A stretch of DNA of 64,000 nucleotides from NCBI GenBank assembly GCA_903896545.1, contig CAITYF010000197.1:11665-75664 (forward strand). Reading direction: 5' to 3'. Position 1 is the first letter of the stretch. Every line of letters starts with the position of its first letter. This DNA comes from an uncultured Myxococcales bacterium. GTDB taxonomy: Bacteria; Myxococcota_A; UBA9042. Both the position numbers and the translations under genes were made by a program. Below the pieces are notes generated by a model that saw only the letters and a list, made by a program, of their open reading frames with translations, searched no databases and was not told the origin of the DNA. Below, piece by piece: positions 38,739 through 51,496 of this stretch.

Positions 38739-40037
38739 TCAAAATCCGCAGGAACAAGAGCCGACGGTCGCTGTCGGTGAATCAGGCAAGCAAAGGCAGC
38801 CCGACGGTGCGTTGCAGAACGCCGCGACGTTGTCGCACTTCAAACTCTTGTCGTAACAGAGACCGGTCGCGGTCGCGTCGCACGTGAGGTCAAAGGCGGT
38901 GCCGCCGAAGTTCTTGCAGTCGCTGTCCTTGGTGCAAGGTACGCCAGGATCGACTGTGGGCGTTCCGCTGCTGCAGGAAAACGTCTTGGGATTGCACGTG
39001 CCTTTCTTCTGCGCCGCGCAGGTCGCGTCACTTGTGCACTCGACGCACGACCAATTGCCGTTGACTTGGAAGCAATCGGGGTAGGGCGCCACGCACACTT
39101 GGCAGTCGTAGGGAATGGGGATGCACTTGTGCACGCTCACGTCGCACATTTTGCCGGCCTTGCAGTCGGTGTTGACCACGCATTCGCCGCAGGTGCCGTC
39201 GCTCAGTTTCAACGGTGCCTCGGGCGGACAGCCGATGGTGTTCACGCACGTGTGCGTCGTCGTGTCGCAGTGACCGCCGGGGCAGTTGCTGTCCAGGAGG
39301 CATGCGACGCAGCTGCCCAAAATGCACTTGTCGGGGCACTTGGCGCAGCCCGCGTCGGGTTTGCAGTTGCCGTAGCAGCACGCCAAGCCGGTGAACCCGC
39401 AGACGTTGCCGCCGTCGGTCTTTTGGCAGATCGCGCCGCCGGGACACGAGCCGTCCGGGCCGCATTCGGGCATGCAAATCGTTTGCGTGGAGAAGTCGGG
39501 ACTGGCGAGCGCGGCGCACTTCAAACCGGGGCCGCATTCCGTGGCGGTTTTGCACGGGGTGCAGGGCGCTTTGCCGGTGACGCACTTGCCGGTTACGGGC
39601 TGACACACCTGGTCGCTGGGGCAGCCGGTCGCGAGGCAACCCTCGCAGGAGTAGTTGGGCGGAAGGCAATGCGGCGCGGCGTCCTTCACGTCGGCCTTGT
39701 CACACGTGAACTTTGCGGAACAATCCGCCGCCGTCGTGCACTTTGGCGCGCAGAAGCTGCCGTTCAAAAGTGCGATGCAGTCCAGGTTCTCCGCGCAATC
39801 CGCCGTGTTCTCACACGATTGGCATGCGTTGCTGAGCGCCTTGGGCACATCGGCTACCGCGGCGTCCGTGGTGGCATCGCTGGGCGTGTCCAGCTCAAGC
39901 GCTGTGTCGACGGCGATCGCGGAATCGCTGGGAACGTCATCCGAGCCGAGGCCGGTGATTTGTGCATCGTCACCGCAGCTGGCGAGCAACAGCCCGCCGA
40001 TGCAAAAAAGCCAACAAGAAACAGCGCGCGTGGACAT
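38739..40037 (-). CDS. Cys-rich lipoprotein
   Basis: Lipobox LASC, acidic linker, many CxxxxDC..G..C modules. Confidence 0.85.
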   Translation of the reverse strand: MSTRAVSCWLFCIGGLLLASCGDDAQITGLGSDDVPSDSAIAVDTALELDTPSDATTDAAVADVPKALSNACQSCENTADCAENLDCIALLNGSFCAPKCTTAADCSAKFTCDKADVKDAAPHCLPPNYSCEGCLATGCPSDQVCQPVTGKCVTGKAPCTPCKTATECGPGLKCAALASPDFSTQTICMPECGPDGSCPGGAICQKTDGGNVCGFTGLACCYGNCKPDAGCAKCPDKCILGSCVACLLDSNCPGGHCDTTTHTCVNTIGCPPEAPLKLSDGTCGECVVNTDCKAGKMCDVSVHKCIPIPYDCQVCVAPYPDCFQVNGNWSCVECTSDATCAAQKKGTCNPKTFSCSSGTPTVDPGVPCTKDSDCKNFGGTAFDLTCDATATGLCYDKSLKCDNVAAFCNAPSGCLCLPDSPTATVGSCSCGF

Positions 40038-40153
40038 GCGACTCCTGACGACCTCTCCCCGGCTGTGAGTGTAGCGTTTTGCGTGCGCGATAGGGAGCGT
40101 CGCCCCTCGTCGTCGGCTGACGATTGACCTACACTGAACGCCGGAGGTTCGTG

Positions 40154-40498
40154 ATGCGCCGATTCATCGTACCGTGTGTTCTTGCCGCTTCTGGACTGTC
40201 AGGCTGCCAACAGGAAGCCGACGTCCTCGCCACGCAATTCGACCAATCCTGCACGACCGCAAACGACTGCGTACGCGTCGAGGAACTCACGCATTCCGGC
40301 AGCATGTGCGTTTACCACTGCCCCGACGCGGCCATCAACGTCAAAGCCAAGGCCGCGTTTGACGCTGCCAAGACCGCAGCGACGTCGCACTGCACGAGTT
40401 CCGCCATGCCCGGTTGCGTCGCCGGCGGTCCCTTGGCGTGCATAAGCGGGCGTTGCAGCACGGCGCCGGCCGATCAGGACACGTCCAACGCCGACTGA
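40154..40498 (+). CDS. Small Cys-rich lipoprotein
   Basis: GGAGG RBS, lipobox LSGC, FDQSCTTANDCV...AIN...CISGRC. Confidence 0.75.
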   Translation: MRRFIVPCVLAASGLSGCQQEADVLATQFDQSCTTANDCVRVEELTHSGSMCVYHCPDAAINVKAKAAFDAAKTAATSHCTSSAMPGCVAGGPLACISGRCSTAPADQDTSNAD

Positions 40499-40639
40499 AA
40501 GTGCGTGGGCAGGGTGAAGCGTGCGCCCACTGGGGGCGGCGTCTCCACCCTCAGGAGGCGGAGTGGCCGCCCATCAGGGGACGATCGCCTACCCCGGTGG
40601 GGCGGATCGGGTGCCTATTGGGGGTAGTCGGTCCGCCTG

Positions 40640-43339
<2,700 letters not shown>

Positions 43340-43347
43340 TCAACGCC

Positions 43348-44352
43348 ATGCCACGCCGCACCCTCCAAGACCGTTACGCTCGCTTCCAGAAAATCGGTCT
43401 GCAAGCGGCGACGCAACTTCAGGCGTTCGTCGGCGCTGAGCAAGAACGTCCGCTGTGGAAGCAGCTTTCCGAGGAAGCCGGCGAGGCGGCGCAAGACATG
43501 GCGGCGCTGCTGTTGTCCGGCACCTGGCGCACGCCGGATGATGAAGTGGATCGACGCATCGAGCAGCTTTTGCAAGGCCAGCACTTGGGCGAATTCGGCG
43601 TGGATCCGTTTGGCTACGCGCCAGAGTCGCTGCGCGTCATGGTCCCGGTCATGGACTTCATGTTGCGGCTCTGGTTCCGCGCGGAGTGCTTTGACCTCCA
43701 GCGTGTGCCCGCGGGGCGCGTGCTGCTGATTGCCAACCATTCTGGGCAGTTGCCGTTTGATGGCGCGGTCATCGCCTCCGCGATGTTGCTGGAGCACGAA
43801 CCGCCGCGCATGCCGCGCACGATGGTCGAGAAGTTTGCGACCGCGCTGCCCGCATTTGGCAATCTCGTCTACCGTTCAGGCTCCGTGACGGGCTTGCCGG
43901 ACAACTGCCGCCGCCTCTTGGAAAACGACGAGTGCGTGCTGGTGTTCCCTGAAGGCGCGCGCGGCATTTCCAAGCCATTCCGCGAACGTTACCGCATGAC
44001 GGCGTTTGGCCACGGCTTCATGCGTCTCGCTTTGGAAACCAACACGCCGATCGTGCCGATCGCAGTGGTGGGAGCAGAAGAGCAGACGATCAACATGTTT
44101 GATTTCAAGAGTCTGGCGCGCATCCTGCACACGCCGTCGCTCGCGATCACGCCTCTGATGCCGCTCATCGGTCCGCTGGCGATGCTGCCGTCGCCGGTGA
44201 AGTACCGCATCTATTTTGGTGAACCGCTGAAATTTGAAGGCGATCCCAACGACGACGAGGCGATTATTGCGCCCAAGGTCGCTGAAGTGAAAAACGCGAT
44301 TCAGGCCATGATGGATCGCGGTCTGCGTGAACGCCGCGGCTACTTCGTCTGA
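43348..44352 (+). CDS. Lysophospholipid acyltransferase (PlsC-like)
   Basis: NHSGQLPFD (HxxxxxD), VFPEG, PIVP. Confidence 0.88.
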   Translation: MPRRTLQDRYARFQKIGLQAATQLQAFVGAEQERPLWKQLSEEAGEAAQDMAALLLSGTWRTPDDEVDRRIEQLLQGQHLGEFGVDPFGYAPESLRVMVPVMDFMLRLWFRAECFDLQRVPAGRVLLIANHSGQLPFDGAVIASAMLLEHEPPRMPRTMVEKFATALPAFGNLVYRSGSVTGLPDNCRRLLENDECVLVFPEGARGISKPFRERYRMTAFGHGFMRLALETNTPIVPIAVVGAEEQTINMFDFKSLARILHTPSLAITPLMPLIGPLAMLPSPVKYRIYFGEPLKFEGDPNDDEAIIAPKVAEVKNAIQAMMDRGLRERRGYFV

Positions 44353-44357
44353 TGGCA

Positions 44358-45449
44358 TTACGCATTTCCGTCGATCCGCGGCTTACGTCCTCGACGGCCT
44401 CGGTCACGTACGTCAAGTACGCTCCCGTCGGCCGCCTGCGGGCGCGCTCGCGCCTCGCCGGGAACTGCGTGCGCCAGGGATACGTCGCCCCACGTGGAGA
44501 TTTGACTGCGGAACCACGTCACCTGCGCGGCGAGACCCGCGTCCAGCGGCGTGTGCGGCGCGTACCCGAGCGCGGCGGTTGCGCGAGTCAGATCTGCCCA
44601 AGTTCGGTCGACGTCGCCCGCCTGCATCGGTAGCCACTTCACTTTCGCGGGCTTGCCCACGGCGCCTTCGATCGCCGCGACCAGATCACGCAGGGAAATC
44701 GGCCCCGAATTGCCAATGTTGTAGATCGCGTACGTTGGCGCCACGGTCCTGTCGAGCGCGCGCACGATGCCGTCTACGGTGTCCAGCACGAACGTGTAGT
44801 CGCGACTCGACGAGCCGTCGCCGTAGAGGGAAATCGTTTCGCCTTCGTCGATCATGCGAATAAACTTGGCAATCGCCAGATCTGGACGTTGCCGCGGACC
44901 GTACACAGTGAAAAAACGCAGACAAATGACGGACAAACCGTGCAAGTGATGCCACGTGTGGCAGAGCAGTTCGCCCGCTTTCTTGGTCGCTGCGTAAGGA
45001 GAAATCGGCTTGTCCACCGGTTCGTCCTCAGCAAACGGCACGCGCTGGGCGTTGCCATAGACCGACGAACTCGAAGCAAAGACCAAGCGCGAAATCTGCG
45101 CCTCACGCATCGCTTCCAGGAGGTTGAGCGTGCCGCGCACGTTGATGTCCTCGTACACGAGCGGCTCGCGGATGGACGGCTGCACGCCGGCCATTGCCGC
45201 CAAGTGCACCACAGCGTCGATGTCGACAAGCGTTGCCCGCAGCGCCGCAAGGTCGCGCAGATCGGCCCGCACGAGCGTAAAGCGATCGCCGCCGAGGCGC
45301 TGCACTTCTGCGATGTTACGCTCTTTTTGCGCTGGATCGTAAAACGCGTTGAAGTGATCCAGGCCCGTGACTGTGTGACCGTCATTCAGCAGGCGCTCGC
45401 ACAGGTGCGAACCGATAAACCCCGCTGCTCCTGTCACCAGCACACGCAT
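44358..45449 (-). CDS. NAD-dependent nucleotide-sugar epimerase (UDP-glucuronate 4-epimerase-like)
   Basis: TGAAGFIG, HLAAMAGV, YAATK, RFFTVYGPRQRPD. Confidence 0.9.
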   Translation of the reverse strand: MRVLVTGAAGFIGSHLCERLLNDGHTVTGLDHFNAFYDPAQKERNIAEVQRLGGDRFTLVRADLRDLAALRATLVDIDAVVHLAAMAGVQPSIREPLVYEDINVRGTLNLLEAMREAQISRLVFASSSSVYGNAQRVPFAEDEPVDKPISPYAATKKAGELLCHTWHHLHGLSVICLRFFTVYGPRQRPDLAIAKFIRMIDEGETISLYGDGSSSRDYTFVLDTVDGIVRALDRTVAPTYAIYNIGNSGPISLRDLVAAIEGAVGKPAKVKWLPMQAGDVDRTWADLTRATAALGYAPHTPLDAGLAAQVTWFRSQISTWGDVSLAHAVPGEARARPQAADGSVLDVRDRGRRGRKPRIDGNA

Positions 45450-45569
45450 GGAACCCCGCGCCGACAAGTGATTCGGCGACGGTAGCATAGGGGTTCACGT
45501 CGTCCGCGCCAAGTTCTGATACTTGCCAGCGCGTGCGGGCTGTGCGATCCATCGGGCGAGGAGGCGCAG

Positions 45570-46574
45570 ATGGCACGCAGGAAGTCGCTCGTGGTCGTAA
45601 CTGGCGTCGGTGGGCGTTTGGGGCAGCTGTTGGCGCGGCGCCTGCATCGTCAGGAAGACATGGAAGTCGCGGGCATCGATCGCCGCGCGTTTCCGCGCAA
45701 ACCGGCGGACGTGGAGCATTTTCGCATCGATATCCGGCGCAAGGCGGCCGAAGACCTGTTCCGGACCCGCCAAGTCGACGTGATTTTCCATCTGGGTCTG
45801 ATGCACGATCCGCGTCAAGGTTCGGGCGAACACCACACGTGGAACATTCGCGGGACGCAGCAGATCCTCGAATTCGCTCACCGCTATGGCGTGCCCAAGG
45901 TCGTGATTCTTTCAACCGGCGACGTTTACGGCCCGGCGGGCGACAACCCGGCGTTCATCACCGAAGACGCGCCGCTTCTGGGGGCCCAGCGGTTTGCGGC
46001 GTTGCGCGATCTCATCGCCGTGGACATGACCGCGCAGTCGTGGTTCTGGAAGCACCCGGAGATTGAGACCGTCGTCCTGCGTCCCGCGCACATCCTGGGC
46101 GCCACGCACAACGCGGTCTCCAATTATCTGCGCCTGCCGCGCCCGCCAGTGCTGATGGGCTTTGATCCGATGATGCAGGTCATCCACGAAGAAGACGTCG
46201 TCGCGGCGCTCTTGGCGGCGGCGACGCCAGGCATTCGCGGTGTGTTCAACGTCGTCGGTCCCGACGCGCTGCCGTTGCGCACGCTCATCGAGGTCACGGG
46301 CAAGCAGCCTCTGGAACTGCCGCATGTTGTGTTGCCCGCAGTCGTCAATCGCCTGTTTCAGATGCGCTTCTCGGAGTTTCCGGCCGCAGAATTGGACTAC
46401 CTTCGGTACGCTGCCACCTTGGACGGTGCGCGTGCGCGCGAAATCCTGCGGTTCAAACACCACTACGGCGTGCGTGAAGCCGTCGCGGCGGCGTTGCGGC
46501 GGGACATTTTTGATGGCGCCGTTGAAGGTCCTCGCAAGAAGGCCCGGCCGCGGGCGAGCGTGCGCGTGGGGTGA
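45570..46574 (+). CDS. Extended SDR / NAD-dependent epimerase-dehydratase family protein
   Basis: TGVGGRLG, NIRGT, VYG, VLRP, GFDPMMQVIHEED. Confidence 0.82.
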   Translation: MARRKSLVVVTGVGGRLGQLLARRLHRQEDMEVAGIDRRAFPRKPADVEHFRIDIRRKAAEDLFRTRQVDVIFHLGLMHDPRQGSGEHHTWNIRGTQQILEFAHRYGVPKVVILSTGDVYGPAGDNPAFITEDAPLLGAQRFAALRDLIAVDMTAQSWFWKHPEIETVVLRPAHILGATHNAVSNYLRLPRPPVLMGFDPMMQVIHEEDVVAALLAAATPGIRGVFNVVGPDALPLRTLIEVTGKQPLELPHVVLPAVVNRLFQMRFSEFPAAELDYLRYAATLDGARAREILRFKHHYGVREAVAAALRRDIFDGAVEGPRKKARPRASVRVG

Positions 46575-46577
46575 GCT

Positions 46578-47813
46578 TCAGTCCTGCGGCACCAGCTTGA
46601 ACGACGCGAGCGGTCCCGGCTGGAGGGCAAACACGCGTTTCTCCGCACTTGCTTCGCTTGTGGGCCCCAAGCGGCGAAACGCGCAAGTCAGCTTTTGCAC
46701 CGGCGGGTCGCCTTCACAATCCCAGACGCCCTCCTGTTCCAGCGGCTGGAGCGGGAATTCTACGGCGGTCACCGCGTCTCGCGTCACTTGCCAGAGCGTG
46801 TACCCGGCGTGCGTCCACGCGCGACCTAGCCGCGACTGTTCAGGAGTCGCTGGCAGCGCGACGCGTTGCAGCAGCAGCGTCCGCAGTGGCTCGTCGGTTT
46901 TGGTCTGCGGCAGCGCCAGGTCCCACGCGCCTTCGCGCCAGAGCGGGATCCGTCCCGTCGCGTCAGCCGCTCCATGGAGCAGCGCTGCCCGCGGCGCGCC
47001 ATCCTCACCCAACAGCAGCGTGTAGCGTTGCGCATCGCGGTGGTCCGTCGCCGTGGAAGCCGCGTCTTCCGCCGCGTTCAGGTCTTCAAACCGTGGCAAC
47101 GCGTTCTCCGACTGCCAGGATGCGGTCGACACAGCCTGCAGTTGCGCGAGCCAGCCGCCCGCCGGCAGCGCCACGAGCCAGGTGAAGCGCTTGTCCAGCA
47201 GCGTCGGATGCAGCACAAAATCGGGCGTCGCCTGCGGCTCGGGTTGGGACGTCAGCTGCGTCGGCAACGACCACTGCACGCCAAAAGCCCGCTGGACTTG
47301 GCCCTGTGCCGTCGCTTGGACCAGCAATCGCAGCTGGCGTCGCAGCGTCGGCTTGGCGTCGACGCATGCCAGATCGACGCCGAGCCACGGCGGCGTCGCA
47401 TCGTCGCCGGGGTGCAGCACTTCCACGTGGAGCCGCGGCGGCGCGTCCCGCGGACATGTGAGCGCATCCGTCGGCAAGGGCGCGGCCGCAATGGGCTGGA
47501 ACTGCGGCTTGGTATCTGCGTGCAGGCGCACCACGTTCAGCGACGCGAGGACCAGCGGGTGGTGACTGAGCTTCAAGTCTGGCTTCTGCAGGTCGCGCAG
47601 CAGCATCGCCTGCCACGTCACGAGCCAAGTCGGCGGTGGCTCGTGCTGGGTCAGGCCGGGAATCGTCTCCGCAGCCGCGCCAGGTGCCTCCGCGCCCGTC
47701 AGGAAGGCCAACAGCTTGGCCTGGAGCACGGTTGTCTTGGAAAATGCCGGCGTCTCTTCCGCCGCCGCGTGGCGCGCACAGAGCAGCACCGCCAGCGCGA
47801 CGAAACGCTTCAT
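46578..47813 (-). CDS. Secreted hypothetical protein
   Basis: Signal peptide MKRFVALAVLLCARHAAA; the longer ORF start lies inside the 149-bp repeat. Confidence 0.65.
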   Translation of the reverse strand: MKRFVALAVLLCARHAAAEETPAFSKTTVLQAKLLAFLTGAEAPGAAAETIPGLTQHEPPPTWLVTWQAMLLRDLQKPDLKLSHHPLVLASLNVVRLHADTKPQFQPIAAAPLPTDALTCPRDAPPRLHVEVLHPGDDATPPWLGVDLACVDAKPTLRRQLRLLVQATAQGQVQRAFGVQWSLPTQLTSQPEPQATPDFVLHPTLLDKRFTWLVALPAGGWLAQLQAVSTASWQSENALPRFEDLNAAEDAASTATDHRDAQRYTLLLGEDGAPRAALLHGAADATGRIPLWREGAWDLALPQTKTDEPLRTLLLQRVALPATPEQSRLGRAWTHAGYTLWQVTRDAVTAVEFPLQPLEQEGVWDCEGDPPVQKLTCAFRRLGPTSEASAEKRVFALQPGPLASFKLVPQD

Positions 47814-47820
47814 GGGCAAG

Positions 47821-47969
47821 CTACACATCCCTGCATTGACTCGGAGCCAAATATCTTGTGTCGCCGCGAGTCGGCCCGCAGGGACGCGAGCTTGGCGACC
47901 CACCTAGCAGCCCAAACATGCCCACCCAGCGTTCAGCATTTGATCTCCAGTCCTGGCAGGCATGTTTAG
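47821..47969. mobile_element. 149-bp dispersed repeat, copy 2
   Basis: 7 substitutions versus 60954-61102. Confidence 0.88.
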
Positions 47970-48970
47970 CGGGTCGCGTGCGCGCGGGCCACACGTCCCA
48001 GCAAATCATCGATGTCGTGCTGCAACGTCGCATCCGCGGACGTTCGCACAGCAGCCAGGCGTGCCGGCAGGTCGGGCAGATCCGCCAGCTGCAGCGACTG
48101 CACCACGCGCTCGCGCGACTCGCCCTGCGTTTTGGCCAGAAGCGGCAGCAGGGCGTCCGTCACGCGCTGACGGACGCGCAGGCCGTCCTCCGCGCGCACG
48201 CGACCCAGCGCCTGCCACGACCAACTCGACGCAATCGCGCCCATGGCCTGAACGATCGTCCGCTGTGTCGCGTCATCTTTGGCTGTCGCCAGCGCAGACA
48301 CCAACAACTGCGCGGCATCCGTGCGCTTGCACACCCCCAGACCGGCGATCGCCGCCGTGTACAGCGGGTCGTCCGCGCGGAGGTGCTGCTGCAGCGCCTG
48401 CAGTTCCAGCGCGCCCCCCAGACGCCCCAAAGCTTCCGCCGTCGCACGCGCCACGGTCATTTGCCGACCCAGCGGCGTGAGCAGCTCCTGACGACCGCGC
48501 GCCTGTTGCCACAGCGTGTGCAGAACGCCGCGCGCCCGGGTGTCGCGCAACGTGCCCACAGCCTCGAGGAGACCGACCAACAGCGCGCGCTCTTCCTTCG
48601 CGCGGTTCACCGCGTCCGTCGACAAACCTTGCGGCGACCAATCCAACGCCAGCGCGCTCAACATCGGCAGCAGGCCGGCAGTACCGAGGGCGCGCAATTC
48701 GCGGCTGCAGTTCGGCTCTGGCGTACGCGCCGCCATCCAGCCGTCGGGACGACATCCCTTGGCCACCGCCACGATGTCGTACGCCGCCGGACGCGCCAGA
48801 CGATCCGCCATCACCGCATTTTGCAGCGCCGTGCGGTCCGCAGGTCCCATCTGCGCCGCCTGAATCGCCAACCCTGCGGGCTCGGCTGCCAGCGCCGGTG
48901 CTGCCGCGCTCAGCGAGCCAACCGTCAGCGCCAGGAAAATCATCTTCTGCTTCATCATCTTGTGCCTCAT
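47966..48970 (-). CDS. Secreted HEAT-repeat-like protein
   Basis: Signal peptide ending ALA-AE; helical repeats LLEAVG, AEALGRLG, AIAGLG, VQAMG. Confidence 0.7.
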   Translation of the reverse strand: MRHKMMKQKMIFLALTVGSLSAAAPALAAEPAGLAIQAAQMGPADRTALQNAVMADRLARPAAYDIVAVAKGCRPDGWMAARTPEPNCSRELRALGTAGLLPMLSALALDWSPQGLSTDAVNRAKEERALLVGLLEAVGTLRDTRARGVLHTLWQQARGRQELLTPLGRQMTVARATAEALGRLGGALELQALQQHLRADDPLYTAAIAGLGVCKRTDAAQLLVSALATAKDDATQRTIVQAMGAIASSWSWQALGRVRAEDGLRVRQRVTDALLPLLAKTQGESRERVVQSLQLADLPDLPARLAAVRTSADATLQHDIDDLLGRVARAHATR

Positions 48971-49134
48971 TTCCAGAAGTTGCGTCTGCGGTCCGGCTCA
49001 TTCACTCCGACCGAAGTTCGAGATCAAACCTTCTTCATCCGCGGCGTGCCACCGGAGGTGCACGCTCGTGGATCCAGTCCGAAATGCGACAGGTTTGACC
49101 AGATGAATGTGGTGTTGAACATCGTTCACCCTGT

Positions 49135-51345
49135 TTAGTGTTTCACGAGCCACCACTGCCAGGTCGGCTGCGGCGGGCCTTCCGGGTTCGTCCCGCAGTG
49201 CACTTCGCCCTCGTTGATGTGGTAACTCTCGAAGTCGTCGATGAAAAACACCTTCATGCCCTGGCCGTCCGCGCCCAGCGCGTTCACCGGCGTACCCAAG
49301 CGATCCTTCAGGTCCTGGGCAAAGACGTCGACGCCGTTCACCTTTGGACCAAACGGGTTCGGAATTTCCATCGTGTTGCCCACGAGCAGCATGTTCGCCG
49401 TGCCGGGCTGCCACGCGATCTTGCCACCGCCGACTTCCTCGGTCAGGAACGGCATCTCAATGATCTCGGCGTCCGTCAGACCGGTCGCGTCGACAACCGT
49501 CTTGCGGATGCCATCCGCCGCCGCTTGCGCCTCTTGCGACCACTGCAGCAGATCGGAATTGTTCAGCGTCTCCGTCACCGATTTTGCCGCAGGCACCATG
49601 GTGGAATCGGTTTCGTTCTTGTACGTGTTCTTGCCGTCAAAGAGCAGCGCGGCACCGTGGCCGTCGTCCGCCAGCTTCTGCAGCATCTGCTTGGCGAGGT
49701 TGTTCGACGCGACCAGCAGCTTCCAGCCGCGGTCCGTCTTCGCCGGCGAATAGCTGAGCACTTCATCGACGTGACCGACAAGCAGCCAACTCGTATCCAC
49801 TTCCAGCGCCGGCGACTGCGGTCCCTGCGCGTTGTAGAACTGCGACGTCTCGTCCAGGATCCCCGAACCGTGGATGATCCGTCCGACCGGGAACTTGTCC
49901 TGGTTGTTGGAGTAGGCCGGCAGCAAGTCGTGATTGCCGTGGCTGTCGTAGCTCGAACCCGAGTTGGGCGACAGGTAGATGGCGATCGCGGCTTTGTCCT
50001 TGCCCAGATAGCTGGAACGCAGCCACGCGATGGGCAGCAACTTCGGCGAGCACGCGTTGTAACGGCCCCACGGGCGGGCGTTGGCGACGCGCATGCCGTG
50101 GATCTTGGTCTTGCCGTCGGCGTCCTTGCCCTGCGGAATGGAAGTCCACGCGGTCTGGTAGTAATCCTGCGTCCACGCGTCGTTCCATTTGCCGCCCGAC
50201 GAACCGTTGGCATACGTCGTGAACTTCACGTTCGCGCCGTTCGCGCCCAGTGCCGCCTTCAGGTCGGGCACAAACGGCGTGAAGTAGTTCGCCGCGCGCA
50301 CTTCATCAAACGGCGTCAGGTTGCCGTTGAGAATCCACGGCGCGACGTGCAGGAGCACAGACTTCTTGCCATCGACGAGTTCTTTGGTCGGAATCGGCTT
50401 GGCCTTGGCGTCGGTGCCCTGACCGATCCAGTAGGTGATGCGCACGTTGCCGTTCCACGAGTCGTCGCGGCGGAAGTCGCGCCCTTCGATCGCCAGCTTC
50501 ACGCCCTTGCGAAGGTCGTCGGCCGTCAGAATGCCCGCCTTGGCGTTGGTGTCCGCGCAGTCATCCGGCGCGCTGTCGGGGCAAAATGCGAACGTCGGCA
50601 CGCAGTCGTTGTTCACGCCGGCGACGATTTCCCAGCCGTTTGCGCCATTCTTCCACAGGCGCACCTTCTCCGGGTTGTCGATCGAGAGCACGCCCACGTA
50701 GCCGTCAGGCGCGTCCGGCCAAGCGGCGATTGTGATCGGCGCCAGATCGAGTTCGTCGTCTGCGCCGTTGATGCTCGTGTCCAGGACGTCTTCGATCTTG
50801 TCGCCGTCGTCGTCGTCCAAATTCGCGAGGTAGGAAGCGCCAAATTCGCTCGTCCATTCATTGCTGTGCGCCTGATCGTCGGCGTTCTTCAGGTCGGCTA
50901 CGCCGTCGCGGTTCGCGTCCACGACAAGGTCAACGATCGGCGTGGCCAAGGTGCCGTCAGTGCCGTCCGCGCCACCGTCGCCCGACGACGCGTCAGACCC
51001 CGATAGGCACTTGAGGTGCGCGTTGTACACGCAGGATGTCACCGCGCCAACTTGCATCGTGGTTGCCTGATCCGTCAGGCCCTGCACGCATTTGCTGAGG
51101 CACGTCGAGTCAGTCTGGTCGCAGGAGCCCACGCAATTGAGCCAAGTCTGGCAGCCGCCGACGCACTTCCCAATCTCGCTGGAACACGCGGTCTGCTCGC
51201 ACGCGCCGGCAAACTTGCTGTCGGCCGAGATTGTGCCGCCTGGCGTCGACGTGGTTGTGGTTCCGCAGCCCGCAAGCAAGCAAAGCGTTGCCAGTGGCAC
51301 GCCCGAGGCTGACAGGACACGCTTGAAGAACAAGTTATTTTGCAT
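49135..51345 (-). CDS. Protein-arginine deiminase (PAD) family lipoprotein
   Basis: Lipobox LLAGC; catalytic motifs WTQD, WLLVGHVDE, GEVHCGTN; acidic Ca-binding-like loops. Confidence 0.88.
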   Translation of the reverse strand: MQNNLFFKRVLSASGVPLATLCLLAGCGTTTTSTPGGTISADSKFAGACEQTACSSEIGKCVGGCQTWLNCVGSCDQTDSTCLSKCVQGLTDQATTMQVGAVTSCVYNAHLKCLSGSDASSGDGGADGTDGTLATPIVDLVVDANRDGVADLKNADDQAHSNEWTSEFGASYLANLDDDDGDKIEDVLDTSINGADDELDLAPITIAAWPDAPDGYVGVLSIDNPEKVRLWKNGANGWEIVAGVNNDCVPTFAFCPDSAPDDCADTNAKAGILTADDLRKGVKLAIEGRDFRRDDSWNGNVRITYWIGQGTDAKAKPIPTKELVDGKKSVLLHVAPWILNGNLTPFDEVRAANYFTPFVPDLKAALGANGANVKFTTYANGSSGGKWNDAWTQDYYQTAWTSIPQGKDADGKTKIHGMRVANARPWGRYNACSPKLLPIAWLRSSYLGKDKAAIAIYLSPNSGSSYDSHGNHDLLPAYSNNQDKFPVGRIIHGSGILDETSQFYNAQGPQSPALEVDTSWLLVGHVDEVLSYSPAKTDRGWKLLVASNNLAKQMLQKLADDGHGAALLFDGKNTYKNETDSTMVPAAKSVTETLNNSDLLQWSQEAQAAADGIRKTVVDATGLTDAEIIEMPFLTEEVGGGKIAWQPGTANMLLVGNTMEIPNPFGPKVNGVDVFAQDLKDRLGTPVNALGADGQGMKVFFIDDFESYHINEGEVHCGTNPEGPPQPTWQWWLVKH

Positions 51346-51448
51346 GGCAATCTCGCGGGCAAATGCGTAAACGAAGGCACAGCGCACCGCAGCAATCGCG
51401 GTGCGGCATGCACCCTAGCTGTTTTGTGACGACCGTGCAACGACGCAA

Positions 51449-51482
51449 CGCGTCACCCGCAGAAGTTCGTGAGGGTGACGCG
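51449..51482 (-). terminator. Stem-loop downstream of gene 51497-54550
   Basis: Perfect 10-bp stem CGCGTCACCC/GGGTGACGCG, weak U tail. Confidence 0.4.
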
Positions 51483-51496
51483 CGGCATCAGTGTGA

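Noticed and set aside
40499-40639. Structured ncRNA between convergent genes
   Set aside because: GC-rich hairpins in a single copy with no recognisable family; compatible with a terminator or chance.
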